Shown one piece after another: positions 49,420 to 63,912 of a stretch of DNA of 64,000 nucleotides. The DNA comes from Carcharhinus amblyrhynchos (lineage: Eukaryota), in the NCBI GenBank assembly GCA_965287045.1, contig OZ336905.1:9672001-9736000 (forward strand), given 5' to 3'. Each line of letters starts with the position of its first letter. Position 1 is the stretch's first letter. The position numbers and the translations under genes were made by a program. The notes under the pieces are model-generated. The model was not told where the DNA came from. It did no database searches and worked only from the letters and a program-made list of their open reading frames with translations.

Positions 49420-49749
49420 TAGGGTTGCCATCTGTCCAGTTTTGAGCCAGGTATCTAGAGATTAAAATATAAACTTGATATCAGCAAGCCCAGATTTTTT
49501 GATTAGCATGGTTTTAACACTAACATTAACCTATTGGGCTACCACTGATATTAAAATACCAGTCAGGAAACCTGGGTGCAAAAGGAATGAAGAGTAATTT
49601 CCTGCAATGTATTTCAGTGTCATGATATTGGAAACAATTAAGAGGCCATTGAGATTTGTGATGAATAATTCTTCAGCATAGCAAACCTCAAACATAAGCC
49701 ACAATCTCATACATACCTGGTATTATTTTGGCAAAATATGGCAACCCTA
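49420..49749. mobile_element. Old non-autonomous hAT-like DNA element
   Basis: Perfect 12-bp TIR tagggttgccat / atggcaacccta; no TSD recognisable. Confidence 0.6.
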
Positions 49750-51244
49750 GATGCATGGATCTCCAAAGCATAGAAGGGAAACCAAGTTCTGCTCAGTAAC
49801 TGTTAAGTGCATGATTGAGGAAAGTGCCTTGTATTATTGCTTTCCATGAAGGATGTACTTGGTACTAGATGTGTATGAAGCATTGTAATTAGTATACGGG
49901 TTTCAATGTATTAACGCTGCTGTTGTTTACATCCCATGGTTACTGGATATACTGTATCTTCATGGAAGACTACAAAAATTGTGACTAATATTTTATTTAA
50001 AATGTCCTCTATGTGAATGCAGGGAATTGCAAAAGGATTCCACCATTTTGCAAATGATTTTTGTTCTTAAACATTGTAAAATATGCCAGCAACCAGCTTT
50101 TTGTACTACTGTAAAAGCTCTTACTATGGCAGTGATGTGTGCAGTTGTATTTTGTTAATTATGTATTTGGTCTTCCATTTTGCAAACTTACCACCACGTG
50201 TATTTACTGTTGTTAAAGTATGAAGTTTACATGGTTCTGGACTAATCTGTTCTTCAAACAGAAACTGGGGACTATGGCAGAGATGAGTGGTTAAATTTGG
50301 ATACAAGCAGATCAATTCAAAATGTAGGTGCTCTCCTCCAGCACACAAATATTTAAAGATTAAGATTACAGATTGCATAAAAGCAATACCAAAACAAGAT
50401 AGGAATGAAAGTCCCACCTATCTTGTGGAAACAGCCTTTTAGGTGAAATTAAAACTTTCACACTTCAATCCTAGTATCAATTCTTGATGCTATAGTAGTA
50501 CTGGGGTTGGAAACAGTATAAGGCCACCACATCCCTCTCAGTTTGGGTACCCCCTCCTTTGTTTTAGTATTGCATTTTTGATTGATTGTGCTCTTACGAA
50601 GCACGTTAGGACAATCTGCACAAACACATTTGCACATAGAACTAAACACTCAGCACAGGGGGAACACTCCAACCCTCGACTTAATCTAATAGCACCACCA
50701 ATCTCATTACAGTCCCAATAGCAAATGGTGAGAAATGACAACCCTAAATAATGCCAGGACAGCAGAAAACTTGATTTGGGCCTCAAGAGGGGAGGATGTA
50801 CAAATATTTTTCATTTTTGTGTAAAAAAGGACAGTTGAAATGGATGCATCTTAAAAAACACACCAAATAACATTTCAGCTTTGTGCTTCAAAAGCCAACT
50901 GTACAACAACCAGCACTTTGTGCCATAGAAAGAGCTTTGGTCAACTGGTAGGAGTTGGAAAAATGATTTACAATCTTTTGTTTGCTCCCTCTCCTACATT
51001 CCATGTTATCATCTGAGTAACGCCACAAGTAAAATCACCACAATCCAATTGTTCAGAGTCTCTGCACTAATTAATTGCATCTTCACTTCATGAAAGCAAG
51101 CATTTGTGGTCAAGTATTCTCTCAGCAGTGCACAATGTGGACTGGTTCGCAATGGAGACCTGGACTCTGATGTAGATATGTACCAACCTCATGTTTCAGC
51201 TATTCTAACAATTAGAGTTAAATATTCAAAATCTCACCTTTTCA

Positions 51245-51625
51245 TTGGCTTAGCTCAGTCAATTGTACTCATGCCTGAGGTCATGGGTTTAAGTTACTAC
51301 CAAATGCAAGCACGTATGTTGGGTCAACATTTCAGAGCAGTACTGAGGGCATTGCTGGAGATGCCATCTTGTGGATACTATGGTAAATCAAACATCCATC
51401 TACCAGGTTGGGTGAGTGCAAATCTCTGAGCAAGAGCAGGCAAGTTGCCCTAGGGTCCTGACCGTCCTTCCTCTAGTCAACACCAACGATGCATTATCTG
51501 GCTACTCATTATTTGCTGTTTTTAGAGCCTTGCTGTGTTACAAATTGGCTGCTGCACTTGCCTACATAAGATGACACTCCAAAAAGTAATTGAGGACGCA
51601 AAAGGCGCTATGTAAATGCAAGGTT
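51245..51625 (+). mobile_element. Degenerate DeuSINE-like SINE
   Basis: tRNA-like head, gtactgagggca.tgctggag and aaaggcgctatgtaaatgcaag tail. Confidence 0.6.
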
Positions 51626-52555
51626 ATTCACACTTTCTGCTTGGCATTTTCTATCAATTAATACAAAATTGTGCCATTGATGAAATTCCATGATCTTGCA
51701 AAGGACTTAGCCGCCAACAGATCAGTGTGACTTTCCTTATTCAAACCTCCAGGCTCTGAAAATCAACACATTAGTAAGTACAAGCGCAAATAGAATTGAT
51801 TTGCCTGAGCTGCGTTGATTGCCACAGGCTTGCAGATTGTAATTTGGATACCCAGCAACAAGTGACAGCAGAGTTTGTGCCCATTCAGCAAAACAAATGA
51901 TTAATCCGGAAGTTCTAGAAAACAACTTAAACCAGATGTTACCAGAGGTAAAGGGAGAAGATTTCCACTTTAACTGTCTAAAATGAAAAAAACAAAGGTT
52001 GCGGATGAGGCTGCTGAGGACGAACAGAAAACAAATAAAAGGACAAATGAGTGGAAGAGCCTTGGAACCATTGGAGCCAAAGACTTAGTTCCCTGATTAC
52101 CAAGAATCAAATGAAGCACCTGACCTCCATCAAAGTGCACGGCAAGTTTGACAGAACACCTCAGGATTGAGGTAACCAGGCTTAATTTCTTGATTTGATG
52201 CCAATATTTCATAACATGAAGCGCCATGCTTTTCCCCATCTCTAAATTCAGAGGTGGAAAGAGCATTTGGACGATTCAGTTCAAAAAGAGTTATTTACAA
52301 CTTTTTGACATTCTAAGTAACGCTACAAAAAAATTGGGTAAAAGTTGGAACATTATGAGTGATTAAGAGTTTAATTAACCTTAAGTGAAACTTGTAAAGT
52401 CTATAAAAACTTAATTGATAGTATAGAAAAAACATAAAGCTAAAGTAGAATAAGACAATGACAGCTGAAGGAAAGCAACTCCACAGGTGGCAACTCACCA
52501 AATGCTTTCCAGAGAAGCATAATATCCTGGAGCAACCTACTATAACTAGATTCTT

Positions 52556-52850
52556 TTTAAATTTGTTCAAAGAATGTGGGCATTGCTGGCTAGGCCAGCA
52601 TTTATTGCCCATCTCTAACTGCCCTCAAGAAGATAGTGGTGAGCCACTGCAGTCTAATTAGTGTAGATACACCCACAGTGCTGTTAGAGGAAATTCCAGG
52701 ATTTTGACCCAGTGACAGCGTGATACATTTCCAAGTCAGGATGGTGAGTAGCTCGGGAAGGGAACTTGCAGGTGGTAGTGTTCCCATGAATCTGCTGTCC
52801 TTGTCCTTCTAAAATGGTAGAGGTCACAGATTTGGAAGATGCTGTCAAAG
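52556..52850 (-). mobile_element. 3' end of the same LINE family as 59470-63010
   Basis: gcatttattgcccatc...gttcc.atg.atctgctg.ccttgtccttcta shared with 59500-59760. Confidence 0.75.
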
Positions 52851-53335
52851 AAATAGCCAAGTGCTAAAAAAAAAAATCAGTGACACGTTTAATATGATAC
52901 ATAAACTTGCAAAGCAGTACTGCATTCTTGGGCCTCGAATATAGCTCTACAATACTGTCATTAAGAAAAACCTAGCTAAGACTGTGATGATACATTTGAC
53001 AAGACCCCATGGTCGATTAATTTAGGGTGACGCAGTTAATGTAATTCTCAATGCTTAAGCTTGTGATGATTAGATATGCTATAAATGTTAAATAAAGTAA
53101 TGTCATTAATGCACCTCTTTGCTGATCTTATCTGTGATGATTGACAAGTACAATTACTGCATCCAGTTATTCATTTTGGTTCATGTAATTTAAAATTTGG
53201 ACTGGTTATAGAAGATCAAAGACAAGCTAAGCATGGCATCTTGCAAATTTTGAGGAATTACAAACTCCTGACAGCAAAAGAGTAAGAGTGGGAAACCCTG
53301 ATGACGTGGCTTCCAAATTCAGCACACATTCCATT

Positions 53336-53438
53336 CCTCTCTCCTTCCCTCCCTTTAGGGGTTTTGCCAGTTCTTGTTCAAGAAACCTCTCTCCTTCCCT
53401 CCCTTTAGGTTTCTCGAACAAGAACTGGCAAAACCCCT
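53336..53438. repeat. Interlocked 24-bp direct repeat and 32-bp inverted repeat
   Basis: Arms 53357-53388 and 53407-53438 (31/32 complementary); direct repeat 53336-53359 and 53386-53409. Confidence 0.9.
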
Positions 53439-55443
53439 CTGGGCCATTTCCTTATATCTAGGAGGCCAATTCACAGAGTGATTATTTATCCAAGGTGATT
53501 AAAAATGAGACAGGAATAGAAGCAGGAAGCTCTGGATTTGAAGTAGACCACAGGACCTGGTCAAAGGTGGCCTGCTTATTGCAGAATGAGACACATTTGA
53601 GAATGTGCAGGCAGGCAGAGAGTGTGTAAACAATCATTTAAAAGACATGAGTGGGGCAAGACATTTTCAAAGTCAGTTCCAGCTCCCCACCCAATCAACT
53701 ATGGTTTGATACATAATAGCTCTTGCAGTAGCCTGATCAAAAGCAGCCACATGTATCTGCACTATTTTCTGCAATGTAAACTTTCTACAACCAAATAAAC
53801 GTATTGCAGTATTAACCACAGGACCCAAAATGGTTTCAGCTTCAATAGAAGCTATACACTTCTATGTAAAAGATGACATTTTCATTCTTTCCATTATAGA
53901 GATGCATCACTCAGTTACACATTTGAGAGGGGAACAGCAAATAGACCATAGTCTGAGCTGTCCAATTTGCTGCATATGCAGTGTGCTAGAATAAAGATAT
54001 CAACCTCAGAAAACATGTCTTAGCAGTTCAAGTACTGTCCTGCTCTCAAATTTCCAGCACTGCCACAACTTGGGAGGGAAGTGTTGGGAGTACAGGATTT
54101 TTAGAAATTCCATAATTAAAGAGCAGTGTATGGATTTCTTTTTGCATGAAATATGGGGCCTCACTTAAATTGGAAGCCAAGGGGCGACAAGAGTGAGAAA
54201 CATACCTGGTTTTCAGTCTGTACATTCCAAATTAAAATCAGTTTGCAAACTCAAACCAAATGAATAATACACATCCAAAGCATGCAACAAGCTGCATTAG
54301 TGCACTCACTGCAGGAGAAAGAGGATTATTTAAAATTACCTTTTAAATAAAAGGATTTCCTCTTCTCCCAATATTTGATGCAAGTGTAAAAGGGAAGGCA
54401 CCACAATGAAAGCACACAGAAGAGAAACCAAAAGATTATGTACATCTTGTACAACAAAAAAAAAGGAAGCCAAATCAAACTGTCAGTTCTGCTCACTATT
54501 TTTGAGCTAACTCTGATACAAAACAGTCAGTGACGTAAAGAAATAATGATCTGGTATTCATTATACAAAAGTTGCACTCATGGAAGACACGCATCTGAAT
54601 CACTTCAACTGCATAAATCATAATTTTAAAAATTATCCTTGATGCAAATCAGGATCTGTCCTGATCACAATGCAGTTTCCAATTTATTCACATGTTCTGG
54701 TTTTATTGCACATCAAGTTGGTCATGTAGTTAAATGATCTGTGGGAAATCTTGTGAAGGGGTGGAGGGGGGAGAAAAGAAAATGAACAACTCCTCACTAA
54801 CAGAGCTGAACAGTCAGGTGAGTAAAGAGCACCTGGATATGATGTCCATCCACCTCAGCCAAGCAAAAGTCAAACTGTAAAAATGTCAAAATCATGCAGC
54901 ATAGGAAGAAGTCATTTGGTCTAATGTTTCAATGCTAGATTTTTGAAAGAGTGATCCAATTCATTTCACTCTTGCTCATTCCTCAGCTCTGCATTTTCTT
55001 TGTCTGGTATCTACCTTCCATGTCCCCTGTAATGAATGGTGGGTACAGACCTGCAAAGCACACAATCAAACCTGCTATCAATAAAGCAGCTCTTCCTTTA
55101 AAAAGTTTTCTACAGGCCCCAAAAAACTGAATTAATACAAGGTGTACAAAAGCAGCTGAATGGTTGTCTTTAGAGTACCCAAACACTGGATTTTCAAACT
55201 TGTACTCAAATCAAAGTAGTGACGGACATCTTAATATCAGCATTAAACGAGATGCCTGTGGGATAGGTATGATGGCGAGATATGTGCTCTGTTGATCCTG
55301 GGGATCAAAGTAAATTGGCAGGATAAACATGTTGGAAGGAGTGTATCATGCTCAAATTTACTATTTAAGGTTAAACTCTCAGTTCAGTGTCACTGGATGC
55401 GCAATAGAAAATAAAAAGACATTGTAATCTTTATACTGAAGAG

Positions 55444-55449
55444 TTTATT
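55444..55449 (-). promoter_or_regulatory. Probable LIMA1 polyadenylation signal (3' UTR about 2.3 kb)
   Basis: AATAAA on the - strand, followed downstream by a GU/U-rich tract (reverse complement of 55405-55425); a proximal alternative lies at 57190-57195. Confidence 0.55.
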
Positions 55450-57201
55450 ATTCATTACATGCTAAACAGAAATCACAACAGACAACACACAACGGTAAAA
55501 TAGAGTCTGAAAAGAAAGTCAACAGCATTGATCAGGTAATTCTTTTACTACATAATTGACATTTGATTACCTTGAATGTTTCTAAGCTGCTTTTAGTTTC
55601 TTCATATAAGAATCAATGGATAAAAGAAGTAGGGGTGCAACAGGCCCAGGATGTATCCCAAATCCATGCATTTCTGGGGCTTGTACTGGATTCCAGCCTG
55701 GATTAATGGAATGAAATCTTACCTCATCTTCTGGCTACGGAAGTTTTACAGAGGAAGTGGTTTGAGTAGTTTCAGTTCCTAATGATCAAGTCTGGAATCC
55801 ACAACACAACAGCCCCAGTTGAACATGGAACTGGCAGACAGCCTAGTGAGGCTGGCTGGTGTCAAAATACAGAAAAACAAAGTAAAATGCATTATTTAGA
55901 GTTTGGAGTTAACACATGGAGAATATATGGAGATCCATTTGGCATCTGATTGTCTCAACATGGACACTTGAGCAGAACGTATTCAGATTACCCAGCGCCA
56001 TGAAGTGAGGAGAGGAAAAAGACAGGCAAGTTTTGTTTTAGTGCATTCTTAAATTTCAAATGAACAGGAATCATGGGGGGTGGGGGTTTGAATGTTAATG
56101 CCAATACAGGTCCACAGTAACTATTTACCTGCAGTAAAGGCGAGAAACATCATTTAAATACGAAGTGTAATGTAATAAAAAGACTGACTTTACCAGCACC
56201 ATTTAAATCACCATAAATCAAAATCAGGTGTCAGAAGATTGTAGTGTTATATCCAACACCAAAGATAACACATGACATACAATATTGTGCAGTGTTTTTG
56301 AATTGTGGAATGTCAGAAGATTAAAATTGCATTGCTCCAGATCCCATAGCACAAATTTATTACCCAGTTCTTCACATTTCATCTAAAATAGCTACAGTAA
56401 AATCAAATCACTTAATATTTTCAGCAGCATCTTGACCCCCACGTGTTGTCAACATGTAAAAGCAATTTTATGTATAAAATCATACTGCATTACCCAAGAA
56501 ATTCTAAAACAGCACTGAAGGGTGGGGAACAAAGCCAGGTTGAGGAATTTACAATGTTTGAAGACTAAAGTCAGGTTCACAGCCCACAATGTTGCTATTA
56601 AAGTGGTGTTATTCTAATGCTTCCATTTTCATTTTTCTGCACCAATTACACAATTCCAAAATCAAAAACATGGCATTTTAAAAACAACAAGATTACAGAG
56701 CTAAGTAGGGTGGACCCATCAAATTTTCCCTTTGATTTTTGGGACCATCTTTGGAGCTACAAAATTGGAAAGTGTTGTTAAAGTAGACAGATGTGTTTGA
56801 AGTCATGATCATTATGTAGCTCAGCTATTACAATGGAGGTCCACCCTGCCATGCTTGCTGAATGAGCTCAATCCAGCAGGACATTCACAAATGGGCTCCA
56901 TTTTCAAAACAGACAACCAAGTACAGCACAACCTCCAATAAACTTCATATTTAGGCAAGTGCATGGCAACAAAGGTAGAGAATGCCCAGTTATCTTCAAC
57001 TTGAATGCAAGAGCCATTACAGGTCCACAGTAACTTTACTGCTCCACCACTATCGACAATCAAGCTGCACTGAAATACACTAGTTCTTAAATGCTTCCAT
57101 GAGAAACACTGACAGACTACATGGAGAGAGCAATAAAAGTGTGAAGTAAACACAAGTGTGGAATGGAGTTTAGTTACAAGTTTTAGAAATTTATTTATAC
57201 A

Positions 57202-57320
57202 GGCTGGGATTTTCTGGTTCCTCTCCCACTCAAAAATCAACAGATCTTTGGCTGGTCCATCAGATTTTCAATCCCACCCGTGACAATTCCCACCACAGGA
57301 GGGACCAGAAAATCCAGGCC
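57202..57320. mobile_element. About 120-bp MITE in the LIMA1 3' UTR; related sequence at about 10880-10990
   Basis: Imperfect TIR ggctgggattttctggttcct / agggaccagaaaatccaggcc. Confidence 0.65.
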
Positions 57321-57747
57321 AGTCTTTTGAAATCCAATCTTCCCTGCTTGGATAGTGGATAATAATCAAGAATTGCATCATAACAACCCATGCCCTCACG
57401 TAAGCACTTCACATTCCATACACATTCTTTCAATTGTTTGGCAGTACTTAGATCATCATGAAATCTAGCTTTGGAGGTTATGACCAGTGAAGAGAGGGGA
57501 GTTCAGGTGCTATTTTGAGCACTCGTGTACACAGTTAATAAAGCAATTTTTAAAAGAACTACAAGTAGCAATTATCTCTCTTCTTACTCCAAATATAATC
57601 AACTAGTTTTTTTCTGCTCAAAATAAAGTCCATATCAATATAGGCACTTAAAATAAACCACTTTACAACAGGAAGTTTGAGCTGATACTAACATCTATGA
57701 ACCACAAGGCCAGTCACCAATTAAAATATGTAAATCACCCATAGTAT

Positions 57748-58791
<1,044 letters not shown>

Positions 58792-59074
58792 TTAGATGTT
58801 GAGACTTTTAAAATTTAAAGTTGACACCAGTAAGCTTAATTGGCCATTTACAATGCACACATTCAAACAGCGTTTCATCCAGTAAGTGGATTTATTCTTT
58901 ATATCCTATGAAGTTATACTGACCTGTTTCATCTTGTGATGGCATCCAACAGACAAAGAAATCCAGCAAGAGTCTGGGCAATAACCATTAGGGGACTATT
59001 CAATTGTGCTGGGGGGCAGGAGCAAGTGGTGCATCACAGCAGTGACATATCATACCTTTAGTGGACACAAAGGG

Positions 59075-59375
59075 GTGACACAGCGGTTAGCACTGCTGCC
59101 TCTCAACGCCAGGGACCTGGGTTTGATTCTGGCCTTGGTCAGTGTGTGAAGTTTGCACGTTCTCCCCACGTCTGCATGGGTTTCCTCCAGGTGCTCTGGT
59201 TTCCTTCCACAGTCCAAAGATGTGCAGATTAAGTGGATTGACCATGTTAAATTGATGCTAGTTTCAGGGGATTAGCAGGGTAAATATGTAGGTTTGAGAA
59301 TAGAACCTGGGTAGAATTGTGGTCGGTGCAGACTCGATAAGCCGAATGGTCTCCTCCTGCATTGTAGGGAGTCTA
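59075..59375 (+). mobile_element. HE1-like V-SINE in the last LIMA1 intron
   Basis: Head, V domain and gccgaatgg.ctcct tail. Confidence 0.8.
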
Positions 59376-59469
59376 CTATAAAGCCACACTGCCCAGCAGA
59401 GATTATTGATTTATCAGGAGTAGGAACCATTCTCTGTCAGAGTTAATTACATGTTATGTTAACTCATTT

Positions 59470-62400
59470 TTAAATAATTCACTTATGGTATGTGTGTCAC
59501 TACATTTATTGCCTATCCCTAGTTGTCCTCAAAGGTGGTGATAGTGAGCTGTCTTCTTGAACCACTAAAATCCATGTGGTGTAGGTACATGGACAGTGCT
59601 TGAGGGAGTTCCAGCATTTTGACCCAGCAACATTGAAGGAACGGCGATAGGATGGCAAGTGACTTGGAGGACCTTCAGATGCTGGTGTTCCGTGTATTTG
59701 CTGCCCTTGTCCTTCTAGATGATAGTGGTCATGGGTTTGGAAGATGCTGCCTAATAAGCATTGGTAAGTTCCTGCAGTGCATCTTGTAGATGGTACCGAC
59801 TGCTACTACTATTTGTCGGTGGTGTAGGTAGTGAATGTTTGTGGAAGGGGTAGCAATAAAGTGGACTGCTTTGTCTTGGATGGTATCAAGTTTGAGTCTT
59901 GTTGGAGCTGCATCCATCCAGGCAAGTGGAGAGTATTCCATCACACTCCTGACTTGTGCCTTGTGGATGGTAGACAGTCTTTGGGGAGTCACGAGATGAG
60001 TTACTTGCCATAGGATTCCTATCCTCTGATCTGCACAGTACTCATATGGCTAGCCCAGATCAGTTTCTAGGACAATGGTAAGCCGGAATGTTGATAGTGG
60101 GGGATTCGGTTATGGTAATGCCATTGAATGTCAAGGGGCAATGGAGATGGTCATTCCCTGGCACTTTGTGGTGCGAATGCTACTCGCCAGTCCAATCCTG
60201 GATATTGTCCAGGCCTGCTGCATTCGGACATGGACAGTTTCAATACGAGTCGTCACGAACGGTGCTGAACATTACATCCCCACTTATGACGGAAAGTCAC
60301 TGATGAAGCAGCTGAAGATGGTGGACCAAGGACACAACCCTGAGGGACTTCTGCAGCAATGCCCTGGAACTGAGATGATTGGACTCCAAACACCACAATC
60401 ATCATCCTTTGAACCAGTTATGGCTCCAACTAGTGGACAGTTTTCCCCTGATTCCCATTGATTCTAGTTTTACTAGAGCTCCTTGATGCCACACTTAGTC
60501 AAATGCTGGCTTGATGTTGAGGGCATTCACTCTCACCTCACTTCTGGATTTCAGCTCTTTTGTCCATGTTTGAATCAAGACTGTAATGAGGTCAGAAACT
60601 GAGTGACCCTGACAGAAGCCAAACTGAGCATCAGCAAGCAGGTTATTGTTGAGTAAATACCACTGATACTGCTGTTGATGACCCTTCCGTCACTTTACTC
60701 ATGGTCAAGAGTAGACCAATTGGCCACATTGTATTTGTCTTGCTTCTTGTGTACAGGACCTAGGCAATTTTCTACATTGCCGGATGGATGCCAGTGTTGT
60801 AGCTGTATTAGAACAGCTGGTCTGGAGTGTGGCTGGCTCTGGAACACAAGTCTTCAGTACTATTGCTGGAATGTTGTCAGGGCTCATAGCCTTCAGCCGT
60901 TTCTTGATACCACTGAGTGAATTGCATTGGCTGAAGCCTGACAAATGAGGTAACACATTTTGGAAGGTCAAATACAGATAGAAAATATACGGAAAATGGC
61001 AGAATCCTTAAGAGTATTGATAGGCAAAGGGATCCGGATGTACAGGTACACAGGTCACAAAGTGGCAACACAGGTGGAGAAGATAGTGAATAAGGCATTA
61101 TGGCATGCTTGCCTTCATCGGCCAGGGTACGGAGTTTAAAAATTGGCGAGTCATGTTGCAGCTTTATAAAACCTTAGTTTGGCCACACTTGGAATATAAT
61201 GTTCAATTCTGGTCGCCACACTACCTGAAGGATGTGGAGGCTTTGGAGAGGGTACAGAAAAGATTTACCAGGACGTTGCCTGGTATGGAGGGCATGAGCT
61301 ATGAGGGGAGGTTGGAGAGACTTGGTTTGTTCTCACTGGAGCGTAAGTTGAGGGGAGACCTGATTGAAGTCTACAAGATTGAGAGAGGCATGGACAGAGT
61401 GGATAGTCAGAAGCTTTTCCCTAGGGTGGAAGAGTCAATTACTAGGGGGCATAGATTTAAGGTACAAGGGGTAAGGTTTAAAGGAGATGCACAAGGCAGA
61501 ATGATTACAGACAGTAGTAGGTGCCTGGAACTTGTTGCCAGGGGAGGTAGTGGAAGCAGATATGGTAGTGACTTTTAAAAGGACATCTTGACAAGTACAT
61601 GAATAGGATGGGAAGAGAGGTATATGGTCCCTGGAAGGGTAGGGGGTTTTAGTTAAGTCGGGCAGCATGGTCAGTGCAGGCTTGGAGGGCTGAGGGGCCT
61701 GTTCCTGTGCTGTAATTTTCTTTATTTGTTGACATTTGCAATTATGGCAAATACTTCAGCCTCATCTTTTGCACTGATGTACTGGGCTCCTCCATCATTG
61801 CGGACGGGGATATTTGCCTCCTCCAGTGAGTTGTTTAATTGTCCACCAACATTTACCACTGGATGTAGCATTTCTACAGAACTTGGATCTATCAGCTGGT
61901 TGTGGGATCACTTAGCTCTATTATTTGTTGCTCATGTTGTTTGGCACACTAGTCCTCATTTGTTGGGTATGCCCACCTGCACTCTTCACTGAATCAGGGT
62001 TGATCCCATGGCTTGGTGGTAATGGTAGAGTGGGGGCTATCCTGGCGTGTGAGGTTATAGTTTGTGGTTGAGTACAATTCTGCTGCTGATGGCCCACAGT
62101 ACCTCACCGATGCCCAATTTTGAGTTACTAAATATATTCAAAATCTGCCCCATTTAGCACAATGGCAAAACCACACAACACAATGGAGGATATCCTCAAA
62201 GTGAAGATGGGATTTCATTTCCACAAGGACTGTGCAGTGGTCACTCCAACTGATACTGTCATGAACAATTGCATCCACAGCACGTAGGTTGGCAAGGATG
62301 AGGTTAAGCATGTTTTTCCCCTTGCCACCTGCCGCAGTCTCAGTCCAGCGGCTATGCCCCTCGGACCTGGCCAGCTTGGTCTGTGGTGGTACTACCAAGC

Positions 62401-63010
62401 CACTTGGTGATGGACATTGAAGTCCCCCATCCAGAGCACATTCTGTGATTCTGTGCCCTTGTCACCCTTAAGTGGTTGAATACCACTTGGAGAAGTACTG
62501 ATTTACGAGGACGAGGACAAAAGAACCTGGTGCCATAAGACTTCAGGTCCAGGCTCAGAGTCAATGTTGAGGATCAACATTATCTATCTATAAAAGATAC
62601 ATAATGATTCCATGAGGATGATTATATCAAGCTGTTGCTTGACTAGTTTGAGAGACAGCTCTCCCAATTTTTGCACAAATCCCCAGATGTTGGCAAGGAT
62701 GACATTGCAGGATTGATAGGACTGGATTTCCAGTGCCTAGGTTCATGCTGGGCAATCTGTCCAGTTTCCTTGATTTTTGTCATTTCATTTGTCATGGTTG
62801 AATACAACCGAGTTACTTGCTAGGTCATTTCAGAGGGAACATAAGAATCAACATTGCTGTGGATCTGGAGTCACACATAGGCCAGATCAGGTAAGGGCAA
62901 TAGTAAACTGGATGAGTTTTAACAGCAATTGACAGTGGTTTCATGGCCAGACTTTTAATTCCATCTGCCGTAGTGGGATTTGAACCTGGGACCTCAGAGC
63001 ATCACTGTGG
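59470..63010 (-). mobile_element. Degraded CR1-group LINE (endonuclease plus RT) with a tRNA-like 5' head, interrupted by a CR1 at 60925-61725
   Basis: ANIWGF..KLGEL...QQLDIIILMES, SDHCTVLV, KAMSPDNIPAIVLK and LSTIHKAQVRSVMEYSPLAW peptides; ggcaataaat tail. Confidence 0.75.
60925..61725 (+). mobile_element. CR1 3' portion nested in the above LINE
   Basis: ORF 61105..61578 and gggcctgttcctgtgctgtaattttcttt tail. Confidence 0.85.
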
Positions 63011-63149
63011 GCAGGGGGCAGTTTGCAGGGAATGAGAACTCAGGAAACCTCTTTAAATACAAAGTTTAGTCACTCCATACCCAAAGTTAGCAGGCAGAAA
63101 CAATTGAGGTCAGAACAAGGGTAAAGTCAACCAGGAATCAGAATCCTCA

Positions 63150-63317
<168 letters not shown>

Positions 63318-63912
63318 TCACTTTATGGAAGCTGCACAGATGACAAGACATTCGAATGTGACAACACATTTCAGAATTAGGATTAACCAACGCTGCAGAC
63401 ATTCAAACAATCATGGTGAGAAAACTGGCCTAGAAAGTGTCAACGATGTGAAGTATTCCTGCAAATTGGGTCACTTCAGCAGTTTGTGGATTTAGCTTAG
63501 ACTTAAATTTTCAATGTTTTCTCCAAACATTTTTTCCAAAATCCCACCAATGTCAGCAACTATTGTTTAAACTCAAAATTAACAACATGGAGAGTGGGGA
63601 AAGGAGAAACAAGGTAACTTTTTTAAAAAAAAACTTTGATAGCCAGTGAATATCTGGGAAAAGAAATGATACCCTTTCAAGACCTAAAGTAGAGCTCCAA
63701 TCTGGCATCCTTCCATCCAGTAAAAGATGATGGGCATGCGAACAAGTCCCTTTCATATGGCACACCATTGCTGATGGTTGAAGAGGCCAATCCTTGAGAG
63801 ATAGGTTGTCGCAAATGCCACACATGAAGCGACCAAGGTATCATTATGGGTTGTTTTCAGCATTGGTATATGTTGCCAAGTCAGTGGCCAATGTATAATA
63901 TTAATGATTTAA

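Noticed and set aside
46300-55400. A B3GALT1-like single-exon gene expected from the 2q24 paralogon
   Set aside because: No long ORF or galactosyltransferase motif seen; only UTR-like sequence and old repeats
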